A stretch of 64,000 bases of DNA from Dehalococcoidia bacterium. Lineage in GTDB: Bacteria > Chloroflexota > Dehalococcoidia > Bin125. How positions within the stretch are numbered: position 1 is the first letter of the stretch; every line of letters starts with the position of its first letter. The stretch lies in contig CAXXRD010000001.1 in NCBI GenBank assembly GCA_963663895.2, positions 160,001 to 224,000 of the forward strand, given 5' to 3'. Positions 40,322 to 49,031 of the stretch are shown here, one piece after another. The position numbers were made by a program, and so were the translations under genes. Below the pieces are notes generated by a model that saw nothing but the letters and a program-made list of their open reading frames with translations, had not been told where the DNA came from and did not search any database.

Positions 40322-41452
40322 CTAGGCGCGCATCGACTCCGGGTCGATCCCGCGAGCCGTACACCATTCCCGGTACGCGATCGGTGAGATCTCAGACGGC
40401 TTGATCTCACTGCGCCCGCCCCAGAAAACATTGGTGTAGCCAACCTTGATCCCCGCCTCCGCCAAGTGCGCGTCGATCGCCGCCTTGTGCGCCAGCACCG
40501 TCGCCTTCTCGGTCCCATGCGCCACGCCCATCACGTTCACGTTCTGGAACTCCGGTCCGCCTTCGCGCCAGTAGGCATGGGTCATGACGTGATGGCGCCC
40601 GACTTCGCGGCCCGCGTCGATCTCGCGCCCCGGCGGCACTCGCCAATGGAAGAGCGCGTTGTAGCGCGTCACGCGTTGGTTGCCGGCCACCGGCTTGACG
40701 TGCTCCAAGAAGGTCGAGAAGCGGCCGATGATCTTCCGGCGGTCCAGCGCCTCCGCCGCAGCGCAGAACTCCTCGTACGGAAACCCCGCTTCTGCCGCCC
40801 GCGCCCGCCAAGGATCGATCCGGATCTCTTCCGGTGCAAACTCTCGCTTCAACGCGTTGAGCACCCGCCATTCTCGATCGCTGAGCGTCACGAGCTCCGT
40901 GTCCAGAACCGCTCCCGGCTCCTCGGTCCGGCTGCCGGGCTCCAGTCCCCGCCGGCGCGTGTGACCGACGCCCAGCGTGAACAGCCGCTTCGCCGGCATC
41001 AGCCGGTATCGCTCCGCCCCGACCTGCGCAGCGAGAAAGGAAGCGTGCCGCTCCAGGGAGAATCCCTGCGGCACCTTGAGCGTCGTCCAGAGCCGGTAGA
41101 CCGACCCCGGTGATTCGGCATCCGTCGTGCGGATCACCACATGCCCGGAAAACGGATCGCGCTCGAACATGTAGGTGAAAGCGCTATCCAGCCGGTCGGG
41201 CGGTACCGACCAAGCCGCCAGCGTACCTTGTGCGAGATTGGTGGAGAGCAGCGTTTGCCGCACCCGCCGGATCGTCCCGGCGACCAGCATCGCGCGGATC
41301 CGCTCGATCACGGTCCCGGCATCGACCCCGGACTGCCGCACGATCGCGGCGATCGGATCGCGCTGGAAGCCCGCCAAGCGGTCCTCGGAGACCGTGAGGA
41401 TCGCCACGTTGATCGGGTCGTCAATCGTTACCGGAACGGCCGGACACATCAT
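40322..41452 (-). CDS. Lrp/AsnC-like two-domain protein, resembling fused siroheme decarboxylase AhbA/AhbB
   Basis: Two wHTH plus RAM-like units (GTIRRV..LAAWSVP..GHVVIR; IIGRF..NALFHWRVP..THAYWR..MGVAHG). Confidence 0.65.
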   Translation of the reverse strand: MMCPAVPVTIDDPINVAILTVSEDRLAGFQRDPIAAIVRQSGVDAGTVIERIRAMLVAGTIRRVRQTLLSTNLAQGTLAAWSVPPDRLDSAFTYMFERDPFSGHVVIRTTDAESPGSVYRLWTTLKVPQGFSLERHASFLAAQVGAERYRLMPAKRLFTLGVGHTRRRGLEPGSRTEEPGAVLDTELVTLSDREWRVLNALKREFAPEEIRIDPWRARAAEAGFPYEEFCAAAEALDRRKIIGRFSTFLEHVKPVAGNQRVTRYNALFHWRVPPGREIDAGREVGRHHVMTHAYWREGGPEFQNVNVMGVAHGTEKATVLAHKAAIDAHLAEAGIKVGYTNVFWGGRSEIKPSEISPIAYREWCTARGIDPESMRA

Positions 41453-41545
41453 GGCTGCATCATCGCCGTGCCGCCGACGGGGGGCAACGTCTCACTTGGC
41501 CCGCCGCGCCGTCCATGCCCCTGCCTGGGCTAGGCTGGTGCGAGC

Positions 41546-42400
41546 ATGCAACTCACCGTCGGCGAGCACACCATCGACTGCACCGACCGTACCGCCGTGA
41601 TGGCGATTCTCAATGTCGACACGGACTCGCCGATCGCCGAATCCGTCGTCAGCGCCGACGCCGCCCTCGATCGCGCGCGGACGCTCCGCGACGACGGCGC
41701 GGAGATTATCGACGTCGGCGCGCACTCGACCCGCAGCGGGGGGGCATTGGTTCCCCCCCATGAAGAGATCGAGCGCGTCTTCCCCGTTGTCGAGATCCTC
41801 GCACGTGAGGGGTTCCTCGTCTCCGTCGACACCTGGACCGGATCGGTCGCGCAAGCCGCCGCCGCGGCAGGCGCGCACATCCTCAACGACGTCACGGCTG
41901 GCAAGGATCCGCAGCTCGTCCGCGTCGCCGCCGAACGTCATCTCCCCCTCATCATCATGCACATGCGTGGCCAGCCGACGCGCCACCGCGAGGTCGACCA
42001 ACACTACGCGGAGGTGGGCCCGGAGGTGCGTGCCTTCCTCATTGAGCGCGCGGAGACGCTCGGCGCGGCCGGCGTGGCCGATCTCTGGCTCGATCCCGGC
42101 TTCCAATTCGGCAAATCCGCAGACGACAACCTGCGCATGCTCGACGACCTCCCCAATCTGCTGGCTTTGGGGCGGCCGGTCGTAGTGTCGGCGTCGCGCA
42201 AGGGCTTTCTCTCCGAGCTGCTCGGCGAAGGCTACGGGCAACAGACGCCGGGCTTGCTTCCCGCCACGCTGGCCTTCAATACCCTGGCCGCGGCCGCCGG
42301 CGCCCACATCGTGCGCGTCCATGATGTCGCCGAGATCGCGGCCGCCTTGCGTGTCGTCGACGCGATCCGAGCACGCCGGCGCCACGACGCCGGCCGGTAG
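41546..42400 (+). CDS. folP: Dihydropteroate synthase
   Basis: MAILNV, GAEIIDVG..STR, SVDT, LND, MH, DPGF.FGK, SRKGF, VRVHDV. Confidence 0.88.
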   Translation: MQLTVGEHTIDCTDRTAVMAILNVDTDSPIAESVVSADAALDRARTLRDDGAEIIDVGAHSTRSGGALVPPHEEIERVFPVVEILAREGFLVSVDTWTGSVAQAAAAAGAHILNDVTAGKDPQLVRVAAERHLPLIIMHMRGQPTRHREVDQHYAEVGPEVRAFLIERAETLGAAGVADLWLDPGFQFGKSADDNLRMLDDLPNLLALGRPVVVSASRKGFLSELLGEGYGQQTPGLLPATLAFNTLAAAAGAHIVRVHDVAEIAAALRVVDAIRARRRHDAGR

Positions 42401-42447
42401 CAACCCCGCGCCGAAGAGCGATAAGCTGCACACGGAGCGAGGATCCG

Positions 42448-42648
42448 ATGCCTTTCTATTTCTTCGCATGCAAGAACGGCCACGAATTCGAGCGGCGCCT
42501 AACCATGGAGGCGTTCGAAGCGGGCAAGCAAGTCCGCTGTCCCGAATGCAAGACCAAGGGAACGCCGCGTCCCGCGCACTTCCTGGAGAGGAACAGCACC
42601 CGCATGCCCACGGGGCCTACCAGGCGCTGGAAGTCCACACCCTGGTAA
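42448..42648 (+). CDS. FmdB-family zinc ribbon protein
   Basis: MPFYFFACKNGHEFE...CPEC. Confidence 0.8.
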   Translation: MPFYFFACKNGHEFERRLTMEAFEAGKQVRCPECKTKGTPRPAHFLERNSTRMPTGPTRRWKSTPW

Positions 42649-42676
42649 AAGATCCCCGGTCCTGAAGAGGCGAACT

Positions 42677-43027
42677 CTAGCGGTTGGGCCGGTACTCGTC
42701 CTCGCGGTCCTCGGGCTTGATCCGCCGGCTCCACGCCCACCAGACAAGCCATACCGTACTCACCATGAAGATCGCCGGGATGAAGATGGAAACGGCCAGC
42801 GTCTCGTCGCTGACGTGGAAGGGATCTTCCTCCGCGCCATCGTCGGCGCTCGCCCACTCGGGCGGCGCGGGATCGTCGGCCTGCCCGGCGAAAACGACGC
42901 CTTGCACCGGATCCGACGAGGCCTGATCCGCAGCAGTGACGGCCCCGGAGGCCAGCGCCAGGGAAACCACAAGCGCGATGGCGACCGGCCATAGACGCGC
43001 GCCAATGATCGCTGCCGCTCGAACCAC
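42677..43027 (-). CDS. Hypothetical protein with signal peptide and C-terminal TM
   Basis: GAGGAGG RBS before GTG; hydrophobic N-terminus, acidic linker, TM LAVSIFIPAIFMVSTVWLVWW. Confidence 0.6.
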   Translation of the reverse strand: MVRAAAIIGARLWPVAIALVVSLALASGAVTAADQASSDPVQGVVFAGQADDPAPPEWASADDGAEEDPFHVSDETLAVSIFIPAIFMVSTVWLVWWAWSRRIKPEDREDEYRPNR

Positions 43028-43116
43028 CGTGCCCTCCTCACCGTCCGTTTCGCCAGTGTGTCTCGCACCATCGTTGCGGTCAACCAGCACGCAGAGCAGC
43101 GACGGCATCGCCGCGC

Positions 43117-44013
43117 CTAGTCGAAGATCGCTGCGACCTCTTCAATCGCGTGCGCTTGATCACCGCGCGCCGAGTATGCGGAAAGCGTCAGTTGGGTCAC
43201 GCCGGCCGCGCGCCAGGCCTCGACTTTCTCCCGTACTGCCGCGGCGCTCCCGAACAGCCCGATATCGTCCGCCATCCGCTCCGAGACCGCTTCAGACAGC
43301 GCCCCTTTATCGCCCGCAGCCAGAGCAGCACGCGCTCGCTCCACCTCTTCCGCGTACCCGGCCTCGATGAAGTAATGCTGATAGTTCGGGAGGGCCATGT
43401 AGGTCCGCAGCGCCCGTCGGATCGCCGTCAGGGCCGCGCCGCGGTCGTCCGATACGGAGCACGGCGCCAGGTTCCCCACGACGAATCCCTCTCGCCGCTC
43501 AGGAGGAAGCGCTGCCAAGGAAGCCGGCATGTGCGACAGTGCGGCATTCGCCCACAGGGCGCCATCGGCCACCTCGCCAGCCAGCGCCGTCATCTTGCGC
43601 CGCAGCGTGGCCAACACCACGGGCGGGAATGACGGATCCCCTGTCGCAGCCCTCAGTTGCTCCACGTAGGCGCGCATGTCCGCCACCGGCCCGCCGGGCC
43701 TGATCCCCAGCTTATGCAGCCCCGGCGCGTGCGCCACGCCCAACCCCAGGGTGAACCTCCCGCCCGCCACCTCGTTGATGAAACCCGCCGTCGCCGCCAT
43801 CTCGCTGGCGTGCCGCGTATAGATCACCGCGATCCCGCTCGCGATCTCGATCCGCGCAGTCGACATGGCAACCGCAAGGCAGAGCGACAATCCATCCCCA
43901 AGCGACGGGCAATAAATGTTCGCAAACCCGCGCCGGTCCAACTCCTGCGCAGTCTCAATGACCGCCCGTCGCCGGCCCGGCAGCGCCACTAAAGCGAATC
44001 CTGGCTTTTCCAA
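43117..44013 (-). CDS. LLM-class flavin-dependent oxidoreductase
   Basis: TARIEIASGIA..YTRH, GGRFTLGLG, AGEVADG. Confidence 0.88.
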   Translation of the reverse strand: MEKPGFALVALPGRRRAVIETAQELDRRGFANIYCPSLGDGLSLCLAVAMSTARIEIASGIAVIYTRHASEMAATAGFINEVAGGRFTLGLGVAHAPGLHKLGIRPGGPVADMRAYVEQLRAATGDPSFPPVVLATLRRKMTALAGEVADGALWANAALSHMPASLAALPPERREGFVVGNLAPCSVSDDRGAALTAIRRALRTYMALPNYQHYFIEAGYAEEVERARAALAAGDKGALSEAVSERMADDIGLFGSAAAVREKVEAWRAAGVTQLTLSAYSARGDQAHAIEEVAAIFD

Positions 44014-44104
44014 GACATCCCTCCCCCGGCCTCTGAACGCGCGGTGATCGTAGCAGCGCGATGCACACCACGTCGTGCTCGCTCAGCGCCGTATACTTCC
44101 GACC

Positions 44105-45676
44105 ATGAAGCCTCCCACCGCTTTCTCCCTTCAGGACGCACAGGGCAACCTCCGCACGTTCCCGACCGCCAACCCCATGCTCCTCGCCTTCGTGAAGGCG
44201 GATTGTGAGACGTGCAACCTCACCCTTCCGCTTTTGGAGACGCTGCACCGCAGCATTGGCACCAAGCTCACCGTATGGGCGCTCGTCCAAGCGCGCAGCG
44301 ACATTCCAGTCCTCCGCACGCGCCATCGTCTTACCCTCCCGTTGCTCGACGACGACGCCCTTCACGTTTCGGCGGACGCCGATATCGACACCGTCCCTTC
44401 CCTTTTCCTTTACGACCGCAAGGGCGCACCCATCGCCGAGACATACGGCTTCGATCGGAAGGCCTGGCGGGACCTCATCGCGCGGGCGGAATCCCTCGTC
44501 GCCGACGGCGACTCGAACCGCGCGACCCCCATCGACTGGGACGCGCTTCCCCCCAGCCAGCCCGGTTGCGGCGCCCGCAACGTAGAGCCCGGCCTCGCCG
44601 AAAAGATCGCGGCACGTCGTAACGGCGGCTTCCATTCACGCCGCTTGGAGATCGCCCCCGCCGACGACATCCACGAGTTCCTGTTCGCGCAAGGTTTCAC
44701 CGACGGCCTCCCCGTCGTGCCGCCCACGCCGGAGCGAGTGGAACGCATGCTGCGCGGTACCAAGCGGGACCGCGCGGACATCGTCGCCGTGGTCCCACCC
44801 AATCTCGCGCCGTGCACCGTCGAGAAGGCCGCGATCAACGCCGTGATGGCCGGCGCGCAGCCAGAGTATCTGCCCGTCATCCTCACGGCCATCGAAGCCG
44901 CTTGCACCGACGAATTCAACATCCACGGCGTGCTCGCCACCACGTGGCTGGCCGGGCCCATCGTCATCGTCAACGGCCCTGTGCGCCAACGACTCGGAAT
45001 GAACATGCAAGGCAATGCCTTGGGACAGGGGAACCGCGCCAATGCAGCGATCGGGAGAGCGCTACAGTTGGTCGTCCGCAATGTCGGCGGCGGCCGCCCC
45101 GGTGAAGTCGACCGCGCCACCCTCGGCGGACCCCACAAGTACACTTGCTGTTTCGCGGAGTACGAGGAGCGCTCCCCCTGGGAGCCACTGCACGTCGAGC
45201 GCGGGTTCCAGCCCGACGACTCGACGGTCACGCTCTTCGCCGGATCGGGCCCCCAGCCGATCGCCGACCAGCTCTCGCGCTCGGCCCAGCCGCTGGTAAC
45301 CAGCATCGCGCTTGGTTTGGAGTCGCTCTGGCACCCGAAAGTGCACAACTTCGGCGAGACGTTCCTCGTCATCTCCCCCGAGCACGTCGATACCATCGCC
45401 GCCAGCGGCTGGAGCAAGGACGACATCCGTCGGCACATCCAGGAGACGACGGCACGGCCGCTCCGCGAGCTGATCCGGGGCGGCGATACCGCAGAGGGCA
45501 TGCCGGTACCCGCAGACCCCGCCAAGCTCGATGAGCGCGTACCAAAGTTCCGCACATCCGAGGAAATCAATATCGTGGTCGCAGGTTCAGAAGCCGGGAA
45601 GTTTAGCCACATCCTCGGCAACTGGGTAAGCGGTCCGATTGGCTCAATCAGCGTGACCCGAAAGATCAGCGACTAG
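44105..45676 (+). CDS. TlpA/redoxin domain fused to UGSC-associated conserved domain of unknown function
   Basis: FSLQD...KADCETC thioredoxin-fold N-terminus, PGCGARN, TDGLPVVPPTPERV, EKAAINAVMAG, GNRANAAIGRA. Confidence 0.8.
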   Translation: MKPPTAFSLQDAQGNLRTFPTANPMLLAFVKADCETCNLTLPLLETLHRSIGTKLTVWALVQARSDIPVLRTRHRLTLPLLDDDALHVSADADIDTVPSLFLYDRKGAPIAETYGFDRKAWRDLIARAESLVADGDSNRATPIDWDALPPSQPGCGARNVEPGLAEKIAARRNGGFHSRRLEIAPADDIHEFLFAQGFTDGLPVVPPTPERVERMLRGTKRDRADIVAVVPPNLAPCTVEKAAINAVMAGAQPEYLPVILTAIEAACTDEFNIHGVLATTWLAGPIVIVNGPVRQRLGMNMQGNALGQGNRANAAIGRALQLVVRNVGGGRPGEVDRATLGGPHKYTCCFAEYEERSPWEPLHVERGFQPDDSTVTLFAGSGPQPIADQLSRSAQPLVTSIALGLESLWHPKVHNFGETFLVISPEHVDTIAASGWSKDDIRRHIQETTARPLRELIRGGDTAEGMPVPADPAKLDERVPKFRTSEEINIVVAGSEAGKFSHILGNWVSGPIGSISVTRKISD

Positions 45677-45686
45677 GAGGCCGACC

Positions 45687-46214
45687 GTGGTGCAGATCCT
45701 CGATCCGACCGACGAGAGCCGCCCGCCACAGCGGCAACTCGCCGCGCGACCAGAAGCCCTCAGCGGCACCGTCGGTTTGCTCGACATCTCCAAGCCTCGC
45801 GGCGATGTCCTCATCGACCGCCTCGCCGAACTCATCACCCACCAAACTCCCGACGTCACCATCAAGCGCTACCGCAAGCCCACCTTCACCAAGCCTGCGC
45901 CCCCCGCGCTTCTCGGCCAGATACAGGAGGAATGCGACTTCGTTATCGAAGCGCTCGCCGACTGAGGATCCTGCACCACGTGCAGTGTGCACGACACGAC
46001 CTGGCTCGAAATCCACGGCACTCCCGCGCTCTTTCTCGCCTCCGCAGCCTTCGAAGATGCGGCCCAAGCACAGGCGGTCCAGCTTGGACTGCCACAGGTA
46101 CGCCGCGCCTTTGTTCCCCATCCCATCCAAGACCAAACCGACGACGAGATGCGTGCCCGCGCCGACGCCGTGATCGACGAGGCGCTCGCGCGACTCCTCA
46201 GTGCAGACGACTAG
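45687..46214 (+). CDS. UGSC-family selenoprotein (in-frame TGA 45963-45965 read as Sec)
   Basis: ORFs 45687..45965 and 45987..46214 are in one frame; junction reads ALAD-U-GSCTTCSVHD; GGAGG RBS. Confidence 0.85.
45972..45991 (+). promoter_or_regulatory. Putative bacterial SECIS hairpin
   Basis: TGCA-C-CAC-GTGCA-GTG-TGCA stem with bulge and G-starting loop just 3' of the TGA. Confidence 0.5.
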
Positions 46215-46226
46215 GAGCAGGCCGGT

Positions 46227-46856
46227 ATCACGAACCACAACGAGAGGGAAGGAGCCCGCGAGCACGCCGCGCTTCGCGCAGCGCTCGCGACGCCGCCGAC
46301 GTTCTCGATCGATATCGATGGAAGCGCGCTCGCCATCACCAGCGCCTGGGGACTCTTCTCTGCCAAGCGCCTTGATGAAGGCTCCGCGCTCCTGCTGGAC
46401 GAATTGGCTCCCCTGCCGCCGCAAGATCGTGTTCTCGACCTCGGCTGCGGCAACGGCGCCGTGGGACTTGCCCTTGCCAAGCGCTGGCCCGCAAGCACCG
46501 TCGAACTTATCGATAAGGACATCGTCGCCATCGAGACTACCCAAGCCAACATTGAGCACAACCGCCTGCCCAACGCGACGGTCCGTCTCAGTGCGGGCTT
46601 TCGCGATCTGGCAACGGATGATTTCGACCTGATCGTTGCGAATCTGCCCGCACAGGCCGGCAACGAAGCGCTTGATGCGCTACTGCTCGGCGCACACGAT
46701 CATTTGCAGCTCGGCGGAACCTTGGTCGTCGTCACGGTACAGGGCCTGAAACGCTATATCAGGCGCCGCCTCCAGCTGATCTTTGGCGACTACCACAAGG
46801 CGCGGGAGACGAAACGACACGTGGTCGCAGAGGCCGCACGGCAACACGCACGCTAA
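46227..46856 (+). CDS. Class I SAM methyltransferase, small domain (RsmC/MTS-like); start uncertain (ATC at 46227)
   Basis: GLFSAKRLDEGSALLL upstream of the first TTG; VLDLGCGNG, DLIVANLP. Confidence 0.85.
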   Translation: MTNHNEREGAREHAALRAALATPPTFSIDIDGSALAITSAWGLFSAKRLDEGSALLLDELAPLPPQDRVLDLGCGNGAVGLALAKRWPASTVELIDKDIVAIETTQANIEHNRLPNATVRLSAGFRDLATDDFDLIVANLPAQAGNEALDALLLGAHDHLQLGGTLVVVTVQGLKRYIRRRLQLIFGDYHKARETKRHVVAEAARQHAR

Positions 46857-48142
46857 CGCTCAGGTGCCGGGTCGTTCGCGTCGGACTCCGGCCCCTCCGT
46901 ACCAGAGGCGGATCCAGGCGAGTCGACCGCACGCTCCTTCGCCGTAACGGCGCCCGTCCCACCAGGCGAATCGCGATCGGGCGGCGCTCGCTCTTGCACC
47001 CCGGCCGGTGGCGCGGCTGCTGAAGCGAGCGCCAGCTGCAGTGGGGATGTCGCCGGCGGCGGCAGCTCATTATTCAACCGCCGATAGACGTAGCTGTAGG
47101 CGTCGCGCGCCGCCGCCGCCGCCGGCACGATCAGGAGCGTGCCCGCAAATCCAAAAGCCGCCCCGCCGATCACGACCAGCGCCATGACCGCGGCCGGATG
47201 CATCGTCACGGCACGTCCGTGCACGATCGGCACGAGGATTTGCCCTTCCAGCTGCTGTACAGTCACGTAGAAAATGATGATCCACCACCACTTTTCGGGG
47301 TCGGTCGCAAGCACCACCACGATCGCCGGAATGAAGCCCAGGAACGGTCCGATGAATGGGATCAGCGCCGTCACGCCCGCCGCGAGCGCCAGCGCCGCCG
47401 GGAACCGCACGTCCATGATCCACAGACCGACGCCAGTGGCCAGAGCGATGACGACGGCCAGCAGGAGCTGGGCGCGCAGGTAGGCCGCGAACGTGTGCTG
47501 CACACCGTGGAGCACTATCGCCGCATCGGCCTGAAGAGCCGGCGGGAACAGCCGCAAGAGCCACATACGCAGCCGTCGCCCATCCTTCAACAAGTAGAAA
47601 AGGAAGAACGGAATCACGAGATATCCGATGATCGAAAAAAAACCGCCCACGATGAAATCGACGGTGCTCGCGAACCGATCCAAGACGAACTCGCCGACCC
47701 GCCCGCCGACATCGGACACCCGCTTCTCGATCTCGGCCCGTGCGTCTTCCGGTACATGGTCGCGGTACCACTCGATGAGTCCGTCTACCTGCTCTTCGGC
47801 ACGATCGAGAATGTCCGCTGCCTCATCAATGAATACCTCCACCTCGTCCGCCACCGTCGGCACCACTGCGAACCCGATCGCGACCAGCACACCAAGCACG
47901 GCCACGTACACCACGGCGATCGCCAGGGAGCGGTTGAACTCTGGATGCCGTTCTCGCAACGGGAGGTAAGGCTGCACGCGATCGATCGCCGGCGAGATAA
48001 TCAGTGCCAGGAGAAACGCCAACACGAACGGCAGAATCGCCGTGAAGGCCTTGAGCACCACCCAAACCAGGAAGCCCGCCAGGGCCAGAACCATCACCCA
48101 GCGGACGGGACGGCTGGGAATGGGAGAAGATAGGAAAGGCAT
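46853..48142 (-). CDS. AI-2E family transporter
   Basis: FYLLKDG, YLRAQL, IPFIGP, QQLEGQILVP, MHP. Confidence 0.92.
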   Translation of the reverse strand: MPFLSSPIPSRPVRWVMVLALAGFLVWVVLKAFTAILPFVLAFLLALIISPAIDRVQPYLPLRERHPEFNRSLAIAVVYVAVLGVLVAIGFAVVPTVADEVEVFIDEAADILDRAEEQVDGLIEWYRDHVPEDARAEIEKRVSDVGGRVGEFVLDRFASTVDFIVGGFFSIIGYLVIPFFLFYLLKDGRRLRMWLLRLFPPALQADAAIVLHGVQHTFAAYLRAQLLLAVVIALATGVGLWIMDVRFPAALALAAGVTALIPFIGPFLGFIPAIVVVLATDPEKWWWIIIFYVTVQQLEGQILVPIVHGRAVTMHPAAVMALVVIGGAAFGFAGTLLIVPAAAAARDAYSYVYRRLNNELPPPATSPLQLALASAAAPPAGVQERAPPDRDSPGGTGAVTAKERAVDSPGSASGTEGPESDANDPAPER

Positions 48143-48306
48143 AGGCGCTTGCACTACTTAGCCGATGATCCACCGAGCCACAGTCGCTGTCAACGCAAGC
48201 CAAGCCACGAGGCGTGCTGTGGCGCGGGCTGGAAAATATAACTCGGACGGGTGGGGGCTAGCGTCCGTCGGGCCGCACCCAGCCCAAATCCCCGGCGTCC
48301 TTTTCT

Positions 48307-49017
48307 CTACCTCAAACGCGGGGGAGGGAGCTTCGATCCGCCTGCGCCAGATCGAATCGCAGCGGTAAGCTCGGGGGACCGCAAGTACCAGACGGTTTCC
48401 TTCTCCTGGCCGATGTCCAACGACGCGGCCAGCGCCAGATCCTCCGGTGAATCAATATCCAACGCCCAGCGCACATCCTCAACACGGACGACGGCCGCGC
48501 CCGCCTCCTCGGCGGCCGCAATGTGTCGGGCGGCCGACTCCGCGCCGAACGCCGGCATAATCACCGCCGGAGGGCGCAGCAGCAGCCCATTCGTGCCCCC
48601 ATCCCGCGACGGCGCCACGACAACCCCCGGGGGCGCAGGCGACGCAGCGACCAGCTGCTCAACGTCCGTTCGCGTGATCAAAGGCAGGTCCGCCGGCACA
48701 AGCAACAGCGCATCCGACTCCGCAAGCCGCGTCTGAGCAAAAGCCAGCGCGCGGTTGAGACCGGGCGCACCCGACGGCTCTTGCAAAAAATCCACTTCCA
48801 ACCGCTCCGCCTCCTGCGCCGCCGCCGCATCCCGGCTGAGCACTATCACCCGCGCAACCGCCGGCGCCGACCGCAGCACCCGCACAACATCGCCGAGCAT
48901 CGCGCGCACGAGCTGGTTACGCTGCGCCGGTTGCAGCACCGCAGCCAAGCGCGACTTGCCAGCCGGCAGCCCTCGCACCGGTACCACAACCGTCACGCCT
49001 GCGCCCGGCGCCGCCAT
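48307..49017 (-). CDS. cofC: 2-phospho-L-lactate/PEP guanylyltransferase (F420 biosynthesis)
   Basis: VVPVR...KSRLA, GLNRAL, PADLPL, DGGTNGL, DIDSPEDL; adjacent to cofD. Confidence 0.92.
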   Translation of the reverse strand: MAAPGAGVTVVVPVRGLPAGKSRLAAVLQPAQRNQLVRAMLGDVVRVLRSAPAVARVIVLSRDAAAAQEAERLEVDFLQEPSGAPGLNRALAFAQTRLAESDALLLVPADLPLITRTDVEQLVAASPAPPGVVVAPSRDGGTNGLLLRPPAVIMPAFGAESAARHIAAAEEAGAAVVRVEDVRWALDIDSPEDLALAASLDIGQEKETVWYLRSPELTAAIRSGAGGSKLPPPRLR

Positions 49018-49031
49018 CACGGGAAGATCCT

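Noticed and set aside
41546-42400. sul-type sulfonamide resistance gene
   Set aside because: Has the FolP-type DPGFxFGK without the Sul insertion, and no mobile context.
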